This document shows, piece after piece, positions 9,832 through 19,236 of a stretch of DNA of 64,000 bases. The DNA is taken from NCBI GenBank assembly GCA_965249615.1, contig CBDFMI010000006.1, positions 444,132 to 508,131 of the forward strand, written 5' to 3'. Under the pieces are notes generated by a model. The model searched no databases and was not told where the DNA came from. It saw nothing but the letters and a program-made list of their open reading frames with translations. Positions within the stretch are counted from its first letter, which is position 1. Each line of letters opens with the position of its first letter. The stretch comes from a bacterium (GTDB lineage Bacteria > UBA8248 > JACPRG01 > G963555815). Position numbers and translations under genes: made by a program.

Positions 9832-12039
9832 ATGAACCGCTGGTCCTTGCTTCGGCGAGATTTTTTGGGATGGCTGGCGGTTTCGGCAGGTCTGGGCGTA
9901 TTTGAATCGGTCTTGCTGGCCTTCCAAAGACCTAAGATCAACCCCTTCGCGGCCATCGATCTGGTCGCTCTTTCGATTTCTGCCGTCCTTTTCAACTCCC
10001 TGATGGTTCTACCCGTTTCACTCGGTCATTTTTTCTTGTATTGGCGGTTTTCTGGAGGCCACGACCATCAGGCGCAGGGCCGAAACGTCTTTTTATTTCA
10101 CCTCGTCGTGTTCCTCGCGGTTGCGTTCATCATTTTTATTGGCCGAAGGCTCATCCTTACGGTTCCTGCAACTATTCTGATGTCCGCGGGCCTTTGGTTC
10201 GGCCTTAGATATCTTTCGACAAGGATTGTTCGGGCATTTTCAGTAGGTGCCGGTATTTTCCTCTTGGCACTTTTTTCGTATGAGTCCCTCCGCTTGCCGC
10301 TCTATATCACAGACCCCGATTATGAACTATGGAAGTCGGAAGTTACGTTATGGGAGGAGGAAGACCCGCGATGTGAGACGCACCTGCGCTTCTCTACTCT
10401 CAACGGCGACCTGGGGTCCCTCGATTCCAGGAACTGTTCCAATTACTACCTGGAGAAGTTCAGGCAGGTAGAAGCGGAGCACCAATCACTGCCGAACGTT
10501 ATTCTGGTTCTTGTCGATACGCTTCGCCCCGATCACCTGTCCACATACGGCTATCATCGAGAGACATCGCCTTTTATTTCGAAGCTGGCGGCGGAGGGGC
10601 TAAAATTTACCAATTTCTATGCGAACGGTGCGTGGACCCCGCCGACGACTTCAACGCTTCTAACCGGCGTTTTTCCCGCAATCCATGGGATATATGAGCC
10701 TGGCGGGCAAAAGAGGGAGACAGTCAAAGTCATTTCTGAGACTCTCCGTGACTACGGCTATAACACAGCCGCCTTTATCGCGAATCCACTGATTACGAAA
10801 AGCACTGGGTTGCTGGACGGATATGATTATTTCTACCGAAAACCCAGGCCGCCGGTGTCGCGGCCGTCGTTGAGGCTCGCGAGCTTCCCCAGTCCGGAGA
10901 ACCTCCTCATATGGGTGAAGTTTCTGTCTCTGTCAGATAAGGTGGTCCAGGCGTTTCGGGGTTTTGATGGGAAGAAAAACGATCTTTTAGTTCAGATATT
11001 TCCCTTCAGCCGTGAATTAGAGCCAGAAAGACAGGAAAGGATACGGGAGGAATTCCGTTTCCCCCCCGCGGAAGTCGACATGGATAAAGAACTCGACTTC
11101 CCCCGGGCGAATGAAATGGCGAACGCGGTGCTGAATTACGTGGATTACGCCTTGGCAGGTCCTGACTTCGACGTTGTGCAAACGAAATTCTTCCTCTTTC
11201 TCCACGACATGGGTCCCCACGATCCTTATAAGTTGCCCACGCCATATGACGTCCTCTTCGACCCTGGGCGCCAGGATAGGCCGGAGGCCGAAGGGGCAGT
11301 CCGGTTTTTGGATGAGTCGCCGCCTGCGTCAGTTCGGGAGAGATTGGCCCATGATTTGCCGCTGTATGACGGAGCAATCCGTTTCTTCGATGATAATTTT
11401 CAGGTGCTCTTTTCGGAACTCAAGGAACGGGGGCTTTTGGACAATACCCTAGTGATCTTGCTGGCAGATCATGGGGAAGAATTCTATGAGCACGGTGAAA
11501 TTGGACATGGGGAGAAGGTCTTTGAGGAAATTGTCAGGATCCCCCTTGTCTTGTGGTATCCAGGGGAATTGCCCTAAGGGGTCGAGGTGAAGGAGTTCGG
11601 GTCGCAGGTGGATATAATACCCACGATCGTGGATGTTCTGGATCTGCCAGTACCAGAGGGGTTGCAGGGAAAGAGCCTCTTGCCCGCGATATCCGGGAGG
11701 GGGCTAGAGAGGGTTGTGTACGGAGAAAACTTGCGTGGTTCGCAGGATTTATCGTCGGGAGATATGTTGCGATTTTTGATCCATGGCCGATATAAACTCA
11801 TCACCATGGGGACACCTAAGACAGTGCGGGAAAAATTGCTCTTTGACCTCCAGTCGGACCCGCATGAGAAAAACAACATCTGCGGGTCTGAGAAAAAGAT
11901 AGCGGAAGAAATGGAATCGCTGCTAGAGGATTTCATCGCATTGGTGAAGAAGGACCCTAGGTATTCTGAAGACCTAGAGGCCGTTGAAGTGGACCCGGAA
12001 CTGCAGAAGCGTCTAAAGGCTCTCGGATACATTGAATGA
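9832..12039 (+). pseudogene. Paralogue 2 of the membrane-anchored sulfatase-family protein, interrupted by an in-frame TAA (11575-11577)
   Basis: Track ORFs 9832-11577 and 11587-12039 share one frame and together align along the whole of paralogue 1: ...WYPGELP*GVEVKEFGSQVDIIPT versus ...WYPGSLPGGLEVEEPGSQVDLMPT. Confidence 0.75.
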
Positions 12040-12129
12040 GGGTTAAAAAGTTCGCGTCGATCCTGGTGAAAAAGCAGGCTCACCTTTGGCCCGCGATCGG
12101 GTTTTTAGTTTGAGAGGACGTGGGTAAGA

Positions 12130-13806
12130 ATGTCCATCTCCAAGGTCGCCCTCCTGGGTCTTGACGGTGCCACCTTCTACCTCCTTCGCCCCTGGATGGA
12201 GGATGGAACGCTCCCCAATCTTGCGAACCTCCAAAAACGGGGAGCCTCTGGGGTCCTTGCCTCCACCGTTCCACCGGTGACACCGACGGCCTGGTCCACG
12301 TGCATCACGGGGGTAAACCCGGGAAAGCACGGGATATTCGATTTTCGAGATTCTCCCCTCCGTCATCCCGACCGCCCCCTTCTGAGTCTATCCTCTATCC
12401 GCGCCCCCCGGCTCTGGCAGCTCCTGAATGGGGTCGGGAAAAAGACCATCATCCTCAATGTCCCCATGACTTATCCACCTGAGGCGGTGGACGGGTGCAT
12501 GGTCTCGGGGATGATGACACCGGGGCCGGAGGCGAACTACACTTATCCCCTGGAACTCAAGGCGGAGATCCGTCGGGAGATCGGAGAGTACCTGCCGGAT
12601 ATCGACCTGCCCAAGTACGACGCCGAGCGTTATGAGGATGCCCTGGCATACCTGGACTTGATACGGAAAAGTTTTTCCCAGCGGGAAAAACTTTTCTTCC
12701 ACCTCATGGAGAACCGGCCCTGGGATTTCTTCATGGGGGTTTTCATCTTGCCCGACCGGCTCCAACACGTCTTCTGGAAATATCTGGACCCTGAGGCCGG
12801 GCTCTACGGGACCGAGATCGCCCAGCGGCTCCGAGGCTCGGTCATTGACTGCTATCGTCTGATGGATGATTTTATCGGGCGCCTCGTGGAGCGGCTTTCC
12901 TCTGATACCCTCCTTCTTATCATGTCGGACCACGGTTTTGGACCCACCCAGGCCTGGATCAACGTGAGCACCTGGCTGGAGCAGCAGGGTCTCCTCAAGA
13001 TGAGGGGCCAGATGGCCCTGCAGCGACGCCTCTTGTACCATGCTGTGGGGCTGAACGAGGTGGGCTGGCTAAAACGCCTTATCCCGCAGTCCCTTCAGGC
13101 CTTCGCCCGAAAACGGGTGCGTCAGACCAAGTCCGCCTTTCGGACCGACGTTCAGGTCACCCTGGACTGGGATCGGACCCAGGCCTTTTTTCCCAGCATT
13201 CCGGCTCAAGGGATCTACATCAATGTGGAGCGGGACGGAGCGGGGATCGTCCCCCCGGGGGAGGCCTACGAGGCCCTGCGCGCTCGGCTTCGCGATTCGT
13301 TGCTGGCCCTGAAGGACCCGGCGACAGGGGAACGGATCGTGGACGCGGTGCAGTATCGAGAAGAGGTCTACCACGGGCCCGAAACCCCCTACGCCCCGGA
13401 CCTGTTCTTCGTCGCCCGAAATTACAGCTACCTGGGCCGGCCGATGTTTGGGGGCCGAGAGGTCATCCGGTCGCGCGTCCAGGTGCCAAACGGCTTTCAC
13501 CGCCCCGACGGGATCTTCATGGCTCATGGACCTCACGTGGCCTCGGGCCGGGCGGTCACTGGCTCCCACATCGCTGACATCACCCCCACCATCCTCTATA
13601 GTCTCGGCCTCCCCGTCCCAAAAGAGATGGACGGAAAGCCTTTGTCGGAGATCTTTGAGGCGGACTTTCGGCCCGAGAAGAAGGGCCAAGAGGTGAGCGC
13701 TACTGAAAGTCCACAGCCGCCTGAGAGGACTCCCTCTGAGGCTTATCGTCCCGAGGAGGCCTCCGCCATCGAGAAACGCCTTCGGGCCCTGGGGTATGAG
13801 GACTGA
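12130..13806 (+). CDS. Type I phosphodiesterase/nucleotide pyrophosphatase-like (NPP, alkaline-phosphatase superfamily) protein 1
   Basis: ALLGLDGATF, PPVTPTAWSTCITGVNPGKHGIFDF and LLIMSDHGFG are metal-ligand and Thr-nucleophile motifs of the NPP family. Confidence 0.8.
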   Translation: MSISKVALLGLDGATFYLLRPWMEDGTLPNLANLQKRGASGVLASTVPPVTPTAWSTCITGVNPGKHGIFDFRDSPLRHPDRPLLSLSSIRAPRLWQLLNGVGKKTIILNVPMTYPPEAVDGCMVSGMMTPGPEANYTYPLELKAEIRREIGEYLPDIDLPKYDAERYEDALAYLDLIRKSFSQREKLFFHLMENRPWDFFMGVFILPDRLQHVFWKYLDPEAGLYGTEIAQRLRGSVIDCYRLMDDFIGRLVERLSSDTLLLIMSDHGFGPTQAWINVSTWLEQQGLLKMRGQMALQRRLLYHAVGLNEVGWLKRLIPQSLQAFARKRVRQTKSAFRTDVQVTLDWDRTQAFFPSIPAQGIYINVERDGAGIVPPGEAYEALRARLRDSLLALKDPATGERIVDAVQYREEVYHGPETPYAPDLFFVARNYSYLGRPMFGGREVIRSRVQVPNGFHRPDGIFMAHGPHVASGRAVTGSHIADITPTILYSLGLPVPKEMDGKPLSEIFEADFRPEKKGQEVSATESPQPPERTPSEAYRPEEASAIEKRLRALGYED

Positions 13807-13807
13807 G

Positions 13808-14878
13808 ATGGCAGGTCTGATGACGAAAGTCTCCCATGCCCTTCGAGGGGGTTGGGGGACCCTTTTGAAGGTCGGGGTGAGTGGACTGCTCATCCTTGTC
13901 CTCATTTGGCAGGTGGATTTCGATCGGCTTTGGGTCGTCGTCCGGGATATGTCCCCCGCCTGGCTCCTCCTGGCGCTCTTCTTCAAGTCGGGAGGGGTAT
14001 TCTCGAGCATCCTTCGGTGGCGAGTGCTTCTGAAGGGACAGGACCTCGCCGTCCCTTTAAAAGTCCTCACCTCCTCCTTTCTCGAAGGCCGTTTCTTCGG
14101 CACCTTCACGCCGAGCACCATCGGCCTTGACGCCTATCGAACGTATGACCTGGCCAAGTATTCCGGCCGAACAGCGGCCTCGGTTTCAGTCACATTGGTG
14201 GATAAGGTGATCGGGCTGTTCTCTCTCTCCTTTCTCGTGGCGGTCACCTCATTTGCCGGCGCCCGGTTTGTTGGAGGGCAAGGGGTCTTCTCCCTTCTCC
14301 TCGTCTTCTGTGTCCCCCTCTCCCTGTCCCTGATCTTTCTCCTTTTTCCGGGGCTCCTTGGCCGACTCGTCGACATCAGGAGGTGGAAATCAGGAGGATG
14401 GGCGGAGAAGATGGGCCGTTTCGTCGAAACCGTCACCGTCTATCGCCACCACCGGATCCTCATTGTTCAGGCGGTCGGGCTCGCTATCTTGGTCCACCTT
14501 GGGACCACGCTCATGTATTACGGGACGGCCCTTTCGGTGCAAGCCCCGGTCAGCCCCTTGGACATCCTCTTCGTTGGGCCCCTGATGATCACGGCGACGG
14601 TCATCCCTCTTTCTGTGGCCGGGATCGGGGTCCGTGAGGGGACCTTTGTCTTCTTCCTCACTCGGGTGGGGATCGAGGCGGAGGCCGCCATCCTTCTCGC
14701 CTTTCTCGGGTTCCTCGTAGGCGAGGTCATCAGCCTTTTCGGAGGCTTCATCTTCCTGTTGCGCTCCCACGCGTATCATCGGCGTGAGGGGGGGGTCGCC
14801 GGGGCCGCGGAAAGCGGCCTGGGCAAAGCCGGGGGTGAGGAAGAGGCCGTGGGGACAAAGAAAGAGATTGGCTCTTGA
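13808..14878 (+). CDS. UPF0104 / lysylphosphatidylglycerol-synthase-TM-region family 'flippase-like' membrane protein
   Basis: SILRWRVLLKGQ...FLEGRFFGTFTPSTIGLDAYRTYDL motif and about 8 TM helices. ATG 13808 lies 1 nt after the upstream TGA and is preceded by GAGGA. Confidence 0.75.
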   Translation: MAGLMTKVSHALRGGWGTLLKVGVSGLLILVLIWQVDFDRLWVVVRDMSPAWLLLALFFKSGGVFSSILRWRVLLKGQDLAVPLKVLTSSFLEGRFFGTFTPSTIGLDAYRTYDLAKYSGRTAASVSVTLVDKVIGLFSLSFLVAVTSFAGARFVGGQGVFSLLLVFCVPLSLSLIFLLFPGLLGRLVDIRRWKSGGWAEKMGRFVETVTVYRHHRILIVQAVGLAILVHLGTTLMYYGTALSVQAPVSPLDILFVGPLMITATVIPLSVAGIGVREGTFVFFLTRVGIEAEAAILLAFLGFLVGEVISLFGGFIFLLRSHAYHRREGGVAGAAESGLGKAGGEEEAVGTKKEIGS

Positions 14879-16551
14879 GACGCCTCCTCATCATCGGCGT
14901 CGACGCCGGCACCCTGGACCTCATCGAGCCGTGGGCCCGAGCGGGTGATCTCCCCCATCTGGCCCGTCTCCTCAGGGAGGGGGCCTATGGGCGAGTCCAG
15001 TCGACCCTCCCCCCCTCCACCTATCCCGCCTGGACCTCCTTCATGACCGGTCAGAACCCCGGGCGGCACGGTCTCGTGGACTTCACCTTGAGGGAGGGAG
15101 GGCGCTATGCCGTCAGATTCGCCAGCTCCCGAGACCGGCAAAGTGCTAGTTTGTGGGGGATCCTCAGTGAGGCCGGCCGAAGAGTCGCCGTCCTCGGCAT
15201 GCCCGCCACATACCCCCCTGAAGCCGTCAACGGCTGTATGGTCAGCGGATTCGACTCCCCCCTAGCATGGCGTCTCAACGAGAGCTTTTTTCATCCTCGA
15301 GGGCTCCACCGGGAGGTCATACAGGAGGCGGGACTCTTCCCGCTCTCGGCCTGCCGGGAGGATCGGATCGGAAAGGGCTGGCACGAGCGGGCCTATCGGG
15401 AGATCCTGAAATCACTGGAGCAAGAAACTCGCGTGGCGGAGTACCTCCTGGGCCGGGAAGCGTGGGATTGCTTCTGCGTCGTCTTCGGCCAGACAGATAC
15501 GGTGTGCCATCATTTCTGGAAATTCTTCGACCCATCCTCTCCCCGATATGACTCAGAGGGGGCGAGGCGCTTTGGAGACGCCATCCGTCAAGTCTATCGG
15601 CGTGTGGATTCAGCCATCGGTTCCCTGCTGCAAAAGGCGCCCGATGACGTCACGGTCCTCATCGTCTCGGACCACGGAGCGGGGGGGGCAGGAAACCAGA
15701 TTATTCATTTAAACGCTTGGCTGGCCGGGGAGGGCCATCTGACCTTTCGAAAGGGGGGGGTGGGCTACCGTGCCCTTTCAGCCCTGAAGACGCTGGGCCT
15801 CGGCTATCTCCCGAGGAGGGTTCAAGAACAGGTCTTTCGTGCGGGCGGGGGCAGGCTGGCAAATGGGCTAGAATCCCGCTTGCGTTTCGGCCAGATCGAA
15901 TGGGCGAAGACCCGGGTCTATTCCGAGGAGCTGGGTTATTTCCCCTCTCTTTGGATCAACCTTCGGGGGAGGGAGCCTCAGGGGACGGTGGAGCCCGGCA
16001 GGGAATATGAGGATCTGAGGGACGAGATCATCAGCCGCTTAGAGGTTCTCAGACACCCCGTCACGGGGAGGCGCCTCGTTGAGCGGGCCGTTCGGCGAGA
16101 GGAGGTTTATTGGGGCCCCTTTGTGGACCGGGTTCCTGACATTCTCCTGGAGCTCGCCCTCGACGAGGGCTATAGCTACTCCTGCCTTCGAAGTCCAGCC
16201 CGCTCCCAGGGCCCCTTCGTTCGCTCTCTCCAGAGAGCGGAGGGGGCCAGGGGCCAGGGGATGAACGGCTCACACCGACCAGAGGGGTTTTTCGTTCTCT
16301 CGGGTGAGGGGGTGCGCCCGGGGAAGTGCCGGTTCACCCCCCATCTCATGGACTTTGCCCCGACGCTTCTCGCCCTTTTGGGGATCACCCCTTCGGTGGG
16401 GATGGACGGTCGGGTCTTGGAAGAAGTCCTGAGCGTCCCTGAGCCTCATCCCGTCCCCGTCGCCGTGGCAGGGGAAGAGACGCCTTCGGCGGCCCAGGGG
16501 TGGGAAGGCACGGCCTTCCGGCGGCTTCGGGACCTTGGATACCTGGAATGA
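14875..16551 (+). CDS. NPP-like alkaline-phosphatase-superfamily protein 2
   Basis: Paralogue of 12130-13806 (IIGVDAGTLD, PPSTYPAWTSFMTGQNPGRHGLVDF, LIVSDHGAGG). The TTG start overlaps the upstream stop (TTGA). Confidence 0.8.
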   Translation: MRRLLIIGVDAGTLDLIEPWARAGDLPHLARLLREGAYGRVQSTLPPSTYPAWTSFMTGQNPGRHGLVDFTLREGGRYAVRFASSRDRQSASLWGILSEAGRRVAVLGMPATYPPEAVNGCMVSGFDSPLAWRLNESFFHPRGLHREVIQEAGLFPLSACREDRIGKGWHERAYREILKSLEQETRVAEYLLGREAWDCFCVVFGQTDTVCHHFWKFFDPSSPRYDSEGARRFGDAIRQVYRRVDSAIGSLLQKAPDDVTVLIVSDHGAGGAGNQIIHLNAWLAGEGHLTFRKGGVGYRALSALKTLGLGYLPRRVQEQVFRAGGGRLANGLESRLRFGQIEWAKTRVYSEELGYFPSLWINLRGREPQGTVEPGREYEDLRDEIISRLEVLRHPVTGRRLVERAVRREEVYWGPFVDRVPDILLELALDEGYSYSCLRSPARSQGPFVRSLQRAEGARGQGMNGSHRPEGFFVLSGEGVRPGKCRFTPHLMDFAPTLLALLGITPSVGMDGRVLEEVLSVPEPHPVPVAVAGEETPSAAQGWEGTAFRRLRDLGYLE

Positions 16552-17768
16552 GTGGAGAGAAAGGATCTCGTCGGAAGGTGGCCATGGTGGCCCCCTGTCC
16601 CTTCCCAAGCGTTCAGGGCTCCCAGATCCTGATCCAGGATCTGGCCGGGGGCCTCGAGAGGAGGGGACACGAGGTCCACGTGGTCACTTACCCCTTCGGG
16701 GGCTCCCGTCCGACCGCTTCCTTGCGGATCCACCGGGCTGCCTGTCCCCTTCGTTATGCCGTGGACCACCCGGGCCCTCATCTCTATAAACCTTTTCTGG
16801 ACCTCTTCGTCTTGAGAGAGCTCCTGCGGGTCATCCGCGGGGAGGGGATTGAGCTCCTCCACGCCCACAGCTATGAGGGGTTGCTCATCTCCCTGCTGGC
16901 CGGAAGGTGGACGGGCATTCCCGTCCTCTATCACAGCCACACCCTCCTCGAGGAGGAGCTCCCCACCTATTTTCGGGCCTCGTGGAAGCGCGCCCTGGCG
17001 CATTGGGTGGGCCGACTGCTGGACCGACAGCTTCCGCGTCGGTCAGACCATTGCATTGCCCTTTGTCAGAGAACCCTTGGGGCCTTTCGGGCCTTGGGGG
17101 TGGCGGCGGATCGCTCTTCCTGCATTCGTCCTCTGATCTTTTCCCCCGCCGATAAAACTCCTTCCAGGGTGGATGTAGAGCGCCATCCCTTCATCCTCTA
17201 TACGGGAAACCTCCACCCGTATCAGGATCTCAATCTCCTGATGGAGGGGTTCGCCGAGGTGGCCTCGAGGCTCTCAGAGGTCCGCCTGGTTATCGCCACC
17301 CATTCTGACCCTTCCCATTACGCCGCCCTGGCAAGGGCCCTGGGGCTGTCGGAGCGGGTCTCCTTTCGCGTGAAACCTCCCTTGGATGAAGAGTGGGGTT
17401 TGATGCGGAGGGCCGACCTCCTCGTCTGTCCGCGCCTTCGGTGCTCCGGCTACCCCATCAAGCTTTTGAACTACCTGGCGGCTGGAAGGCCCATCCTCGT
17501 CAGTGAGGGCTCGGCCGAGGGGATTCGCCATGGCGAGAACGGCTACGTTGTCTCTCGGCCTGAACCGAAAACCCTGGCGGAGGGGGCTATTCAAATCCTT
17601 CAGTCCCCCGCCTTGGCAAAACGGTTGGGCGAAGGGGCGGCCCGGACCTACCGGGAGGAGGTGGCGGAAGAGCGCTCCTTGTCGGCCATCGAGGCCATCT
17701 ACACGCAGTGTCTGGGGGAGGAGGGGAACGCGGCCCTCCTCGCCCACCCGAGGGAAATGGCCTCATGA
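16548..17768 (+). CDS. Glycosyltransferase family 4 (GT-B fold)
   Basis: KVAMVAPCPFPSVQGSQILIQDLAGGLERRGHEVHVVT N-terminal and C-terminal GYPIKLLNYLAAGRPILVSEGSAEGIRHGENGYVV (E-x7-E region). The ATG overlaps the upstream stop (ATGA). Confidence 0.85.
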   Translation: MSGEKGSRRKVAMVAPCPFPSVQGSQILIQDLAGGLERRGHEVHVVTYPFGGSRPTASLRIHRAACPLRYAVDHPGPHLYKPFLDLFVLRELLRVIRGEGIELLHAHSYEGLLISLLAGRWTGIPVLYHSHTLLEEELPTYFRASWKRALAHWVGRLLDRQLPRRSDHCIALCQRTLGAFRALGVAADRSSCIRPLIFSPADKTPSRVDVERHPFILYTGNLHPYQDLNLLMEGFAEVASRLSEVRLVIATHSDPSHYAALARALGLSERVSFRVKPPLDEEWGLMRRADLLVCPRLRCSGYPIKLLNYLAAGRPILVSEGSAEGIRHGENGYVVSRPEPKTLAEGAIQILQSPALAKRLGEGAARTYREEVAEERSLSAIEAIYTQCLGEEGNAALLAHPREMAS

Positions 17769-19168
17769 CCAAGGTCTTGATCCTGGGCCTCGATTGCGCA
17801 GACCCTCGCCTGGTCTTTGACCGCTGGCGACAAGAACTTCCGAACCTCAGACAGCTCATGGAGGCCGGCGTCTGGGGCCCTCTTCAGAGCACCATCCCCC
17901 CCATCACGGTCCCAGCCTGGGCCTGCATGATGACGGGGCGGGACCCTGGAGAGCTAGGGATCTATGGGTTCCGAAACCGGACCTCCTATCAGTACGGGGC
18001 CCTGGGGATCACCAGCTCTCTCTCGGTCCAAGAGGAGACCCTGTGGGACATCCTGGGCCGCACCGGCCGGGAGGTGGTGGTCGTCGGGGTCCCTCCTTCA
18101 TATCCTGTGAAGCCCGTCCGGGGCAGCCTCATCTCCTGCTTTCTCACCCCGAACGCCGAGGTCCCTTTCACGCATCCCCCTGAGCTCAAGGAGGAGGTTC
18201 AGCGTCTTGCCGGCGGGTACCTGTTTGACGTGGAGGGATTCCGGACCGACGACAAGCCCCGGCTCCTCCAACAGATCCACGAGATGACAGAAAAACGCTT
18301 TAGGGTCCTGAAACACCTACTCACCCGAAAGCCGTGGGACTTTTTTATGTCGATGGAGATCGGGGTGGACCGCATGCATCACGGCTTTTGGAAATTTCAC
18401 GATGAGGGCCACATCAAGCACCCCCCGCAAAACCCCTATCAGCACGTCATTCTGGACTATTACCGCTATGTGGACAAGGAGATCGGTGAGCTGGTGGAGT
18501 CCGTCGACGAGGACACGGTCATCATCGTCCTCTCTGATCACGGGGTGAAGAGGATGGAGGGGGGGCTGTGCGTCAACGAATGGCTCATGAAGCAGAAATA
18601 TCTGAGCCTCTCCGCCTACCCCAAGGAGCTCACCTCCCTCAGCAAGCTCGATGTGAACTGGGACCGGACCATGGTCTGGGGAGAAGGGGGGTACTATGGC
18701 CGGATCTATCTCAACGTAAAGGGCCGGGAACCCCAGGGGGTCATCGCCCCAAATGACGTGGAGAAGATCCGGGCAGAGCTGAAACAGGGCATGGAAGAGC
18801 TTTCCGACGAATCAGGGCGCCCCCTCGGGACCCGCGTATTCTATCCCGAGGAGGTCTATCAGGAGGTCCGGAGGATCCCGCCCGATCTCATCGTCTATTT
18901 TGGAGACCTGGACTGGCGCTCTGTCGGGACCGTGGGCCATGGCTCGATCCACACCCGAGAGAATGACACGGGCCCTGACGACGCCAACCACGACACCCAC
19001 GGGATATTCATCATGGCGAAGAAGGCGGACCTCAAAGGGGGCGGGACCGGTCTGGGAACCCGCCTCGACGGTCTCAGCCTCTACGACGTGACCCCCACCG
19101 TCCTGGACCTCCTTGGCCTTCCCATCCCACCCTCGATGCACGGGCGAGTGATTTCTCCTAGAGCCTGA
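17765..19168 (+). CDS. NPP-like alkaline-phosphatase-superfamily protein 3 (divergent)
   Basis: LILGLDCADP, PPITVPAWACMMTGRDPGELGIYGF and IVLSDHGV. ATGA overlap with the GT4 gene. It lacks the shared C-terminal tail, and the HG of the TG-x-x-PG-x-HG motif is LG here. Confidence 0.8.
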   Translation: MTKVLILGLDCADPRLVFDRWRQELPNLRQLMEAGVWGPLQSTIPPITVPAWACMMTGRDPGELGIYGFRNRTSYQYGALGITSSLSVQEETLWDILGRTGREVVVVGVPPSYPVKPVRGSLISCFLTPNAEVPFTHPPELKEEVQRLAGGYLFDVEGFRTDDKPRLLQQIHEMTEKRFRVLKHLLTRKPWDFFMSMEIGVDRMHHGFWKFHDEGHIKHPPQNPYQHVILDYYRYVDKEIGELVESVDEDTVIIVLSDHGVKRMEGGLCVNEWLMKQKYLSLSAYPKELTSLSKLDVNWDRTMVWGEGGYYGRIYLNVKGREPQGVIAPNDVEKIRAELKQGMEELSDESGRPLGTRVFYPEEVYQEVRRIPPDLIVYFGDLDWRSVGTVGHGSIHTRENDTGPDDANHDTHGIFIMAKKADLKGGGTGLGTRLDGLSLYDVTPTVLDLLGLPIPPSMHGRVISPRA

Positions 19169-19208
19169 TCGGTCCGCCTGTCTGGCTGAAAGAACCGCCA
19201 GAAAAAGC

Positions 19209-19236
19209 TTGACGGGGAAAAATGGGTGTATATACT
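19209..19236 (+). promoter_or_regulatory. Strong sigma70-like promoter (TTGACG-N16-TATACT); copy A of a 40-nt conserved element
   Basis: TTGACG at 19209-19214 and TATACT at 19231-19236. The 40-nt block 19201-19240 matches 35889-35928 at 35/40 positions (hand count). Confidence 0.5.

Larger units (their letters stand above)
7674..12039 (+). repeat. Tandem gene duplication (two diverged copies of about 2.1-2.2 kb, including similar 3' flanks)
   Basis: The N-terminal TM regions, catalytic motifs, C-terminal tails and the sequences just after the stop codons (GAATGAAGGTTAAAG / GAATGAGGGTTAAAA) are all alignable. Confidence 0.8.
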
